DNA of 64,000 nucleotides from Vicugna vicugna (lineage: Eukaryota): the NCBI GenBank assembly GCA_013265495.1, contig MU058337.1, positions 2,076,686 through 2,140,685 on the forward strand. The letters run 5' to 3'. The translations under genes and the position numbers were made by a program. Under the pieces are notes generated by a model. The model saw only the letters and a list, made by a program, of their open reading frames with translations, was not told where the DNA came from and searched no databases. Below are positions 38,443-49,745 of the stretch, one piece after another; position 1 is the first letter of the stretch, and every line of letters starts with the position of its first letter.

Positions 38443-38919
38443 CTTTTTTTAAGTTTTATTTTGCATTGAAGTGTAGTTGATTTACAATGTTAGTTTCAGG
38501 TGTACAGCAAAGCAATCCAGTTATATATTTACATACATATATATTTTTTCTTTTCAGATACTTCTCCATTATATGTTATTATAAGAAATTGAATATGGTT
38601 CCCTGTGCTATATAGTTAAGTCCTTGTTGTTTATCTATTTTATACACAGTAATGTGCATCTGTTAATACAAAACTCCTACTGTATCTCTCCCTGCCCTTT
38701 CCCTTTTGGTAACCATAGCTTGTTTTCTATGTCTGTGAGTCAGTTTTTGGTTTGTAAATTAAATTTGTATTTTTTTTTAGATTCCATATATAAATTATAT
38801 CATATGCTATTTGTTCTTCTCTGTCTGACTTACTTCACTTAGTATGATAATCTGTAGGTCCATCCTGGTTGCTGCAAATGGCATTATTTCATCCCTTTTT
38901 ATGGCTGAATAATATTCCA

Positions 38920-38969
<50 letters not shown>

Positions 38970-39068
38970 GCACCACATCTTCTTTTCCCAGTCATCTGTT
39001 GATGGACATTTAGGTTGTTTCCATGTCTTGGCTATTGTAAATAGTGCTGCTATGAATATTGGGGTTCA
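38443..39068 (-). mobile_element. 5'-truncated LINE-1 containing a long (CA)n
   Basis: L1 3' motifs; MEYYSAIK remnant in ORF 38807..38995; TSD ggtcttgtt at 38434-38442 and 39069-39077. Confidence 0.95.
38921..38965. repeat. Long perfect (CA)n microsatellite
   Basis: About 22 uninterrupted CA units. Confidence 0.97.
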
Positions 39069-39814
39069 GGTCTTGTTTAAAACAGCTTTCCTCTGATGAT
39101 CAGCTCTGTGGCTTTGGAAAGTGTATTCACCTTCTTCTGTTCCCCTGGTAGGCTTGTTGTTTTCACAGTACATCTGCGGTGGTTTGTGGTGAGTGTTTGG
39201 TAAATGACATCCCTCTGGCTATTAAGACATCATCTCTGATTTGTCATTCCTCCCAATAGCATTGTTACTCTCCACTGCAGGGTGAGATGTGTCCAGACTG
39301 CTTGTTTCATCTGATTTTTCATACCCAGTTGTGCAGTCCACCAGGGATGTGTATGTGCCAGAATCTTTTGTCACTCGCAGCAAATGAGTCATGAGCTGTG
39401 CTGACCCAACGTCAAGGAATCGCTTAACTGTGCTTAGTTCTGCTGTCCTGTAGGACCCGCTCTCCCCTGATCAGCATAGACAGTCAAAAGTAACTTAGGA
39501 AACTTGATGGATCATGTCGTCTGTGCACCTTGATCCAATGAACTGGTGACTTGCCTCATGTGAACGTGAGATGGCACGCAGGCGATGATGCCAGTTCTAC
39601 TAATAAAAGCCTGAAACACTGAGTTAACAATGGCCACGTTAGTAACGCGCAGTGTAAACAGCAGGCATTAGTGAGTGAAGCTGAGCACAGTGCATAGTGC
39701 GATCGTAGCAGAATAAAGCATGCTTTTATGCCATAGGTCAATGAGGGAGAGAAAGAAAAATCCACTTTGAAATGGATCAGTGTCGCCTATGAAAATCGGA
39801 GTCTGTGAAAGTAG

Positions 39815-40560
39815 GCGCTCTCAGCCGCGACCCCGCAAGTCGGTGGAAGGCAGGATTGCGCAGACTGCCGGGTACGCAGACTGCCGCCCGCGGACGGCGA
39901 GACTCTGCGGAGCCAACACGCTGCCGTCAAGGACACCGTGAGCACGCGGCCCTCTGTCGCCAGGGTCTGCCTTCCCGGGGCGGGGAGCGTAAACAAAGCC
40001 GGTGGCCTTCGCAGAAGCAGGGCTGTCCGCCAGGACTTCGCCGGCCTGAGTAAGAGTCTTCTGGAATGGGAACTTTCAGGGGTGTTCCATCAAAACACTG
40101 TCCCCAAAGTCCCTTCGCGCCATCTCGGTCGTGGCAGGCTGCTCTGAAAAGGAGACTATGAATTCCGCGTGCAGAAGAACGGTCTGAGTGAGGGCGGGAG
40201 AAAATAAAATTCCCAGCTCTAGGAGTAATTTATCCGAAAACCTTTGTCCGATGCTCTCGCCCTGCTCTCTCTCTCCGTCCTCAAATCCTCAACTTGCAAG
40301 GGAATGCCTTAGCTGAGCAGGAGCTCATTCCAGCTTTTCTGCTCCTGTTTCAGAAGAGGACAGGGCTTGTCTTTGAGTCTCTGAGCACTTGGTGGCACGG
40401 ATGAACCCCTGAGTGTGGAGGCGGGTCACTCGCGGGGTGTAAAGTGAGCTGTCACGCAGACGGTGATGCTCAGAGGGAGCAGGCGGGTCGGGGCCCCGCC
40501 CCCTTTCCCGTCTGGCGCGCCCTTTTCTGCTTATCGGCGCCAACGTGTCCTCCCCAGACC
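39815..40560. promoter_or_regulatory. CpG-rich patch with GC boxes (CpG-island-like)
   Basis: Dense CpGs against depleted flanks; ggggcgggg ~39977, gagggcgggag ~40190, ccccgccccc ~40494, ggcgcgcc ~40514. Confidence 0.55.
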
Positions 40561-40679
40561 CTGGCAGCTAAAGAACGACTTTTTCGATCTGTGGTGCCTA
40601 CATGTCTTGACTCCCTAGATTTTCTGGAAAAGTATTTTTGTCTTCTAATCTCTGCTGGCATGATTCGCAAACTTTAACA

Positions 40680-40828
40680 ACATTGTTAAAAATACTGATT
40701 TCCTAGATTTATGATCTCAGCAATTTCAATTCAGTGAGTCAGTGCATGTCTCCGGAAACCACATTTTCATAAACATTTCAAGTGGCAGTGATGCAGGCTG
40801 TCTGTGGACCACGCTGAGAAAACTGCTC
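40680..40828 (+). mobile_element. MER5-like hAT DNA transposon remnant
   Basis: tgttaaaaatactgatttcctag...ttcaattcagtgagtc...gtgatgcaggctgtctgtggaccacgctgagaaaactg. Confidence 0.65.
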
Positions 40829-42519
40829 TGAGATCCTTGCTGTAGCTTGCTTCCCCAACTTCAGAGTCTTGCCTGTGTGAGCTGGCAGTCCCAGCCTTGC
40901 TCCGTCTTCTGGAAGCGACATTCATAATTCTACTTTCTGCCAGCCTTCTCCAACTCGGGGTTGTCCTTTGGTTCTGATCACACCTGGAAAACAAAGCTAT
41001 CTGATACTCCAGACAAAAGTTCTACGTTTTTCCTCCATGTTGTGTAGATGAGACAAGATTAGGAAACAGAGAAAGTTATCAGGGTTCTGTTGTTTTTGTT
41101 GTTCATTTCCTGTCTTCCATTCTGTTCATGGAAGCAATAATATCTGAAAATGTCTATCAAAATCCTTGGAATTCATTCAGGAAGATGAGCAACATCCAGA
41201 GCATACAGGTGAGCTGAGGCGGCAGGGCCAAGGGGAGGAAATTATACACATTTGGAAATAGTGGATTGAGGCCAATTGCCTTGAATTCATTCTTTCATAA
41301 ATTCACAAATAGATCAATTTCAGATTTCCCCTCCTGTAGCCAACTTCGTTGACTTCTAACTATCCCTTAAAGTTTTTGTGGGTAGTTATCAAAGAGAAAA
41401 CTTCCATTTGATTTAGGTTTTTTGTTTGCTTGTTTGTATGTTTTGTTTTGCTTTTCACTTTTCTCTGTCCTCCTGCCTGCATGGAGAGGTGACTCCCATG
41501 ACCCACTGGAGGGGATGGAAAAGCAGGCAGCCCCTACCTCCACCCCAACTCTTGGACATCGTGAGGCAGTTTAGGGCCTTAACATCTATGTTTTTCACAA
41601 GATGGGGATGGTTTAAATATTAACTCATGCTTATTTGATTTATGTAGCCCAAGTCTTTGTATCTTTTCTTGATTGTGAAGACTAATAAATCATTATGGGT
41701 AGTAATTTTATCATAAAACTTTGCTCTTCCTTTTTTAAATTTAGTAACTTAAATAATGTTCTCAATCATTGAGTGTTTAATTAATGTGAGGTAGATTTAC
41801 TACACTGACTGATTTTAAACGAATTATCCTTTTCACCAACACTGGTAGAAATTAGGACGCTTAGGCTGCAAGACCCTTACTGAGGAGTCTTCTCTTTGCC
41901 CAAGTCTGTGTGGCCCCAGAGCTCTTTCTACAGGCTTCATACTGTCTTCCGGGCGCTGAAGTCTAACGCTGTGAGACTACCAGGCATTACTCTTTATCTC
42001 CGTCCTTATACTTCCCGCACTCCAAATTAAGTCAGTCCTTTGGTTTTCTGAATACAGAGCCCAGCTATTCACTAACTGCCAGTGAATGTAGGACATGATC
42101 CTTCCAAAGGGGACATGCTTATGTAACTGTAATAGAATTCCTGCTCTTCCTGTTAGGTCTGTTTTCATTTTGTCAGAGAGCTCAGAAAGACCAAGAATGC
42201 TTAAGACCAAGGTAGTTTTCTCAAATAATGAGGTTGCAAAAATTGTAAATAGCCAGGGTAGTGGTAAACTTCATATCACACCATGGAGACGTCCACGTTG
42301 CTTGCTGGTATACAGAATTCCATACACAATTGCAAATACATTAACTTATATGTGAATCAATGCACTAATGTCAAATACACACTGGGAGCAGTTTTTGACT
42401 CGAGTATGACCTTCATTTTTCTTTGAGATATTTCAAAAAGAATCTTTTCTGTTTCTGTTTTATATCATTGACATCAATGACAGGGGTCTAGAATGATCTG
42501 TGTGGTATTAGGTTAGAGC

Positions 42520-43287
42520 TGAAGATATCATCAGTATGAAGTCACAATGGTTAATACAGATCACTTGGCTACATATAGAAATATTTGTTGAGGTGTGTAT
42601 ATACACAGGGTAACATACACATGTATGCCCTTACTTTGTCAGCTGAGAGGGACTAGAAGCCGTGACACCCCACTGTGGTGAGCACACTTAGCACCCAGAT
42701 CTGAATCTCTAATTCCATTCTCTAATGAAAGGAGCCAGGACTCCTTGGAGCAATGACTGATTCTAGAACTTGGGCAGGAAAATATAAAATGATCCTGGAT
42801 CATCTTGAAATGTCAGAAGGTATGGAAATGTTCAGAATTGAAAAAAAAAAAAGCCCACACTGATGGAGGTATGGCAAAGGGACACAGGAGCCAACTGCAA
42901 GAACCAAATGCCAACGCTGGGATAATTTGAGCAACAAAATAAACTAGTATTAGATTATAACCTAAGGTATGAAATAAATATCTAAGAGTCCACACTGATA
43001 TAAGTAAAAGATGTAATAAATCAATACATGAGAAAGAAGAGACAAATTGCCAGTGCAGAATAATTCCAAATAATGTGTGTAAATACTCCTTCCTCAATGG
43101 GAAGCATAGCTCCCCACTCTGGTAGGGGCCACCCTTACTCCCTTCCAAAGAGTGCATAATGCGAAGGGTTATAAAAGTCACTTGACAGTCAAGACATCTG
43201 ACAAACACTATCTCATCCAGGCAATCAAGGGCCACATCAACAATGGCAAGTGGTAATTCATGTTAGTAGGTACTCCTGATATGATGT
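42520..43287 (+). mobile_element. Ancient L1MD/L1MC-type 3'UTR fragment
   Basis: tgtcagctgagagggactagaagc...gagcacacttagcacccagatct...ggcaaagggacacaggagccaactg...ataatttgagcaacaaaataaa are characteristic L1MD motifs. Confidence 0.85.
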
Positions 43288-43454
43288 TTATTTTATTTTA
43301 TTTTATTTTATTTTTTAACTTTTTTCAGTTTTATTTAGATATAATTGACATACAGCAGGATATATGTTTTAAGATGTACAGTGTGACTATACTTTTTCTA
43401 GTAGTTTAATGGTTTCCTGACTTACATTTAAGTGGTTAGCCCATTTTAAGTTAC
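43288..43454 (-). mobile_element. Older L1 remnant: 3' tip fused to an internal ORF2 segment
   Basis: (TTTTA)n, agatataattgacatacagc...gatgtacag, then tttttctagtagtttaatggtttcctgacttacatttaagt...ccattttaagtt. Confidence 0.65.
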
Positions 43455-44499
43455 TTTTTTTTTTTTTAAATCAGTTTACAATGTGTCAGTTTCTGGTGTA
43501 CAGCATAATGTTTCAGTCACACATATACATACATATATTCATTTTCATGTTCTTTTTCATTATAGGTTACTACAAGATATTTAAATAGTTCCCTGTGCTA
43601 TACAGAAGAAATTTGTTGTTTATTTATTTTATACATAGTGTTTAATATTTGCAAATCTCAAACTCAGTTTATCCCTCTCCATCCCCTTTCCCTCAGTAAC
43701 CGTAAGTTTGTTTACTATGTCTGTGAGTCTGTTTCTGTTTTGTAGATTAGTTCATTTGTGTCTTCTTTTTTCTTCCACATATGAGTGATGTCATATGGTA
43801 TTTTTCTTTCTATTTCTGGCTTACTTCATTTAGAATTATGGTCTCCAGGTCCATCCATGTGGCTGCAAATAGCATTATTTTATTATTTTTTATGGCTGGG
43901 TAGTATTCCATTGTATAAATATACTACATCTTCTTTATTCAGTCATATGTTGATGGACATTTAGGTTGCTTCTGTGTCTTGGCTGTTGTAAATAGTGCTG
44001 CTGTGAACACTGGAGTGCATGTATCATTTCAAATTAGAGTTCCCTTTGGATATATGCCCAAGATATTGCTGGATCATATAGTAAGTCTATTTTCAGTCTT
44101 TTGAGGAATCTCCATATTGTTTTCCATAATGGCTGCACCAAACTAAAATCCAAACAGCAGTGTAGGAGGGCTCCCTTTTCTCCACACCCTCTCCAGCACT
44201 TACCGTTTGTGGGCTTCTTAATGATGGTCGTTCTGACTGATGTGAGGTGATACCTCATCATAGTTTTGATTTGCAGTTCTCTGATAATTAGTGATACTGA
44301 GCATTTTTTCTTGTGCTTTTTGGCCATTTGTATGTCTTTATTGGAGAACTGCTGGTTTAGATCTTCTGCCCATTTTTGGATTGGGTTTTTTTTTTTGTTG
44401 TTACTAAGTTGAAATTAAGCCTTTGTCAATAGCATTATTTGCAAGTATTTCCTCCCATTCTGTAGTTGTCGTTTTGTTTTGCTTATGCTTTCCTTTGCG
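43455..44499 (-). mobile_element. 5'-truncated LINE-1 (~1.05 kb)
   Basis: Poly-T, 3'UTR and ORF 44034..44327 ([20 protein letters not shown]...CWRGCGEKG). Confidence 0.95.
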
Positions 44500-45943
44500 A
44501 AAGTAAATGTGGCATATTTTATTCCCCCTCTTTAGTATGGTGGTCGTGTTCCAGTAGGGAGGCAGGAAGCTACCATTACATTAGAGATTTTACTTCCACA
44601 GACTCTTTCCTCTAAATATATGCTTTGAATATTTATTTTTTCACACTTGACACTTCCCTTTATTTTTGTTTCCTCAATTCTATTGTTTTCAGTTTTTAAA
44701 GCCAAAATTCAAATCCTCAACAGTACACATAATAATTTAAGCTTCACCCGTTAGGTGTGGATTGAAATGTTATCTTCTAGTTACACAGAGAGAATTTGAG
44801 GGACACAAATTATGTTAGCTTATTTAGGAGAAAAGATATGATCATCTCCATAAACCAGGAGGTTTGAGATGTATCAGTACAACGTAGAAGGTTAATCTTG
44901 TTATATTGGACGAGTTCACAAAAACTCACTCTGTGTAGGCAGTAGAAACATTGCTTTCAAGAGAGACAGTAAAAATGCTTTTAATAAACTAAACTTATTA
45001 AACACATTTAATGATTCTACTCTCTAGTGTACATTTTTATATTATAAATGTTTTTCTATTAAAAAGCATACGATTGAATTGTTTTTAATTCAGAATTAAG
45101 GAGATGTAAGAATCTATTTTTAGAAAACTGTACATTTTATTTTGCTGTAAAGTGTTCACGTTATACATACAAAATTAATGCATTGTGTGTCTTTCTCCTT
45201 TTTAATGTACTAAGAGTGAGAGAGGAGTGTATAATTACTTGCTGATTACTCCCAGATTCCAGTGTGTAGTCTTAAACTCTGACTTTATTGCCTGAAGGCA
45301 TTTCTACGTAGATATTTCATTATCACTTCTCACTCCCATGCTTTTGAAGATTTCACCCAATCCAACTTGCTTTCTCATTTCTATTAAGGGTAACATTCTT
45401 CTCATCTTCTAATTCATGATTTTTTTCTCCCGTTTTGAAAACCACACATTCATCACTGATGCAATGACACCTGATTTTGGGTTCCGTGTATTTTGAGACC
45501 TCTTCCACCCTTCTTGAGTTGTGCTCCTCTTTAAAGTCTTAGGCCTGAATAGTGTGGAATCAAAACTGATTCGGAGGTGGGGGAGCTTTTAAAATGTATT
45601 TTGGATCTAGACAACTAACCACTGTGTACTGGATTCTGGTTCCCTAGGACTCTCATGTTGATTCCACAATGCTTTCCACCTGGTCTTCTGGCCACACATT
45701 TCTCTGACATTGAGGGTCAACCTTTTCATTTATCCATCAGCCTCCATCTCTCTTCTCTGTCTGGTGGTGACTTTGTTCTTTCAGTACTCCCATTATCTTC
45801 TGAGTCATCTGTCTATCCTTATATGCTAGATTATTTCCTTCAGCATAAATTGCTTTATTGTCTCCTATTTTACAAAATTGTGCTCATGCACTACAAAAAT
45901 CTTACATAACTCTCCTATGTCTTTACTCACAATTCCCTGCACA

Positions 45944-46203
45944 ATTTTTTAAATTGAAGTATAGTTGATTTACAATGTTGTGTTAATTACAAGTATACAG
46001 CAAAGTGATTTGGTTATACATATATATATGTATATTCTTTTTTATTCTATTTCATTTAGTTTATTACAAGATATTGAATATAGTTTCCTGTGCTATATAG
46101 TAAATCCTTGTTCATTTTATATATGGTAATTGTATATTAATACCTTACTCCCAATTTATCCCTCCCCCTCTTCCCCTTTGGTAACTGTAAGTTTGTTTTC
46201 TAT
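45944..46203 (-). mobile_element. Short LINE-1 3' end
   Basis: ttgaagtatagttgatttacaatgttgtgttaatt...cccctttggtaactgtaagtttgttttctatgt. Confidence 0.92.
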
Positions 46204-47604
46204 GTTATGTTATGAATAACCATATAATAATTTATATAGTTCATGTGTCAACATCATTATTCATCTGTACCTGCTCAATAATGAGTTGGTTCAGTCATAT
46301 TTCATGTCTTGCCAAATTTCAGTTATAAAATCATATTTTCACACAAATTTCTCCATATGGAGGCATATTTGTCCAGGGAGGAGAAAATTATATATTTCAA
46401 TTAATCATTTTTTAGCTAGACACACAACTTTCAGCTGTTTGAATGTATGGTTTGGGGGCCTTCATGTCTGCTTTTACTGAACTAACAAATCTGTGGGTAT
46501 GTAACTTTTAAATAGAATAACACAATGATCAAAAATACTTAGACCTGCTCAATTCCAGCAGTGACAGGCTGATGAGACGGTGCATAAGTTCCTGTTACCT
46601 AGATCCTCAGCATCTTCAAAGTTTTCTAGAGTCTTTGCTCAATTCTGTGCCCTCTAAAATATTTTCCCCATCAATTTGTTTCCCTGAAGTTATCCTAATC
46701 TGTTTTCTGTTGCTTACAATCGAAGAACTTGAAGTGATACATCTATTATGCCTTCAGGAATACCGAATGCTCCTAGATTTTCCTTTCAACTTCACCAGAC
46801 TCTCTTCCTCGTCCTTTGTTTGCTAGCCCTTCCTTGAGGAGGCCTTCTTGTCTAATTACATTCTCTGATTTATGAGACATTTTCTAGTCTCTTGACTTAT
46901 GTCTTTTAGGGCTCATGGTTCCTACATGTCTAACTGTGCTCTGGACCTCTCCTCTGAGACCCAGATTCACAGCAAGTGCTCAGTAACTGAATGAACATGG
47001 CAGTGATGATGGACAGCGAAAGAAATGAGGGGCTTATGAGAGGTGAAGTAGTGACTGGAGTGATTGACTGTAACAGCCAGATGCTGGATACTAATATCCA
47101 GACACTATGATACTAGATGAACGCTGTGTCAAGACCAGGCTTGTAGGCAGAGAGAATAAGCAGAGACCATGGAAATGGTGATATCACCCATGTGCAGAGT
47201 GAGCGACAGGGTGAAGCACGAAGCTGTGAAGAAATACATTTCAGATTTTGAAATATCCAAATGCTTTTAGGTGAAGACAAAGAGTTAAATGTGTATATGA
47301 GAATGAGCTTCATAGATGAAGTGAGCAGAAATGAGGCAGCAGTAAAAGATGCCAAGAGTTTTGAGGCTGGCTGTGTTGGAGAACTTATTCCCAGACCAGA
47401 CACTCAGGAGGGCTACGAGCTTCACGTCAACACCTTGGTGCATCTGGGCCCACAGCGTAAACGTCAGCCAGGTGACGTGAATCAATTATAGGAAGAACTG
47501 TATGGCAAAAAGTAGTCAGAACAGTAGCCAGCATCCCCACCTCCTGATGTCAGAGGGGGACAATAAGAGAGAGGAAATGAGCAAAATAGTTAAATGATGG
47601 AAGT

Positions 47605-47706
47605 GAGGGAAAGAGGGAGGGAGGGGGGAGAGAGGAAGCAGAGAGGAGGGGGAGAGAGAAAGCAGAGAGGAGGGGATGAGGGGAGGAGAGAAGAGATTAA
47701 AGAAAG
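47605..47706. repeat. Purine-rich (GA) low-complexity tract
   Basis: gagggaaagagggaggggaggggggagagagg..., with aagcagagaggagggg occurring twice. Confidence 0.9.
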
Positions 47707-47744
47707 GTTCTGAATGCTGCTAAAAGAAATAGACGGTGTCTAAA

Positions 47745-48169
47745 TTAAAAACAACACAAGCTACTTAACAAATCAACCTTAAGATGTGTAATGATTCAAA
47801 CACAATAGTAATCTGAGTCTCTTTATTGCCCAGCATGAGTGCTGCCACATCCTTGGTGGGAACAGAGGAATTCCCTGAGGAATCAAGCTGATAGGGAATC
47901 TTCTGTCTCTAACTTCTAAGATGCCAGTGGTTGTTCTACCCAAATAGCTAATGAAGAAAGAGTGAGCATGATCAAGATTGCAAGGTAATTACAGTTTGGG
48001 GAGTCAGGCTTGAAGATGTCTTACATTGCTTCACAGACATTCGTTTGGCTGCAACTCAATCTCCTGGCCACAGCTAACTACAAGGGACCCTGAAACAGAA
48101 GGCCTTGTTGTGTGTCCCGCAGCAGAAAGAGCCTTGGATTCAAATGAGCAAAGAGCAGTCTCTGTCACA
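47745..48169 (-). mobile_element. MLT1-type (ERVL-MaLR) solo LTR
   Basis: cattcgtttggctgcaactcaatctcctggccacagctaactacaaggga...tgtgtgtccc...agcagtctctgtcaca; ends in CA. Confidence 0.7.
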
Positions 48170-48949
48170 GTGAAGTATGTCTTTACCCTCTAAAGTTCAC
48201 TAAATTAAATAAAAATTTGGCTAACGCACAGCTTTCTTTTTCCTTTCTCAACATTTAAAAACATCCAGATGTTTAATGGTTAATATCCGGATGACTCACA
48301 ATTTTCTGTCTTCACTAACATGAGGGTGCCTTACTGCTCTATCCCAAATTTGCATGTCTCTGTTATTCTCTCCAACTGGAAATCTGATGCTCAACTCCAT
48401 TTGACTAAAATAACTTCCTATAAAAAGACCTAGGGATTCCCATGAGTACAGCTCAGTCAGAATCTTTATTTAGTCTCTTTAAAATGGAAAACCATTTGGA
48501 AAATAAAAATTTCAGGATGAAACACAAAAATTGCAATTAAAACATACATATGAAAAACAAACAAAAAAAGCTTTCGTCTTCTTGGAAAATCCAGAAGGAG
48601 AAACATGAACAATTCAATAGCAGCGCCATCATCGTCAATTGCTCTTAAGACACTTACGAGCTTCTTTGTTACCCGGATATGCCTGGGAACCCGCAGTGCT
48701 ACAGGGAGTCACATTACTTCTCAGCCATCGTGAGAGATGGTTTACTAGGATTGCTTGGCATCCTCACATCCTGCTCATCTCCCAACTCTTTACCATCTCT
48801 GCTTTGTCTTCTCTCTCTTCCTGCTCCCTATCCCCAGGCAAGTTTCTTTTTCTACATGATAGCCTTCAGCAATCCTATCTCCTTCCTTATCTGCAACTAG
48901 CAGATGTTTCCCATATTGATCTATTTCTGACCTACCATCTTAGATGTCC

Positions 48950-49360
48950 TCCATGACCGAAGACTAAAAGTGCTCAATATCATGCTCTCAACCACCTCTC
49001 CTTCATTAATCCTACACATGCACCCCTAGCTTTTGAAACCTGAGTTGTTTTTGACAACTTTCTTTCCCCGTAATTAATCACCAAATTCAATGCTGTGCTT
49101 TGCACCTTTGTGATATCTCTCTCTTGTATGTTATTTTTTACTGTCTTTTTATCCCCTGTGTGGACAAGTGGTGCAACCTCTTGATTAACACTCTAAACTC
49201 CAAATCTCACTTCACATCCATAGTTCACATTTTTTGCAAAATTTACCTAAATCATAGATATAATAATGTCATTCCTACATTCAACAACTCATAGTAGCTT
49301 CTCATTATTCTAATGGCATAAGTCTAATCATTTTAATATGGCACACAAACTCGATTAAAA
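48950..49360 (+). mobile_element. L2 fragment
   Basis: aaacctgagttgtttttgacaactttctttcc...aaatcatagatataataatgtcattcctacattcaacaactc. Confidence 0.6.
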
Positions 49361-49702
49361 TTTTGCCCCAAAGTTAATCTCTTAAAATACATCTTTACAT
49401 TATTTAATTCTTTATCTTGTGCTTTATTCTCGAACTGTTATTAAACTTTGACACCTATCCTTGAAGATCTTGATTATGTACTACCTTATACCACTGTTTA
49501 GAGTGGCTGTTTCTCTGACAGGTATAATATTTTTGGTACAAAAATGTGGGTATGCAACCTTCCATAAGCTCGTCTTTTCAAACTCAGCTTTGCTTTGAAC
49601 TTATTTTTCTTCTGGAAGAAATTTGATGTCGTTCATTGGGGGCTGCCTGAATCTAAGCCATGTGCTCCCTGAGGATGATCTGCAATTCTAGACAGTATCT
49701 TT

Positions 49703-49745
49703 TGTTTCTGTTTTTTGTTTTGTTTTGTTTTGTTTGTTTGTTTTC
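49703..49745. repeat. (TTTTG/TTTG)n simple repeat
   Basis: Direct reading. Confidence 0.9.

Noticed and set aside
42813..43235. 140-aa hydrophobic ORF
   Set aside because: Antisense reading of an ancient L1 3'UTR.
48618..48640. Possible CTCF site (reverse strand gatggcgctg)
   Set aside because: Only the 3' half of the motif matches.
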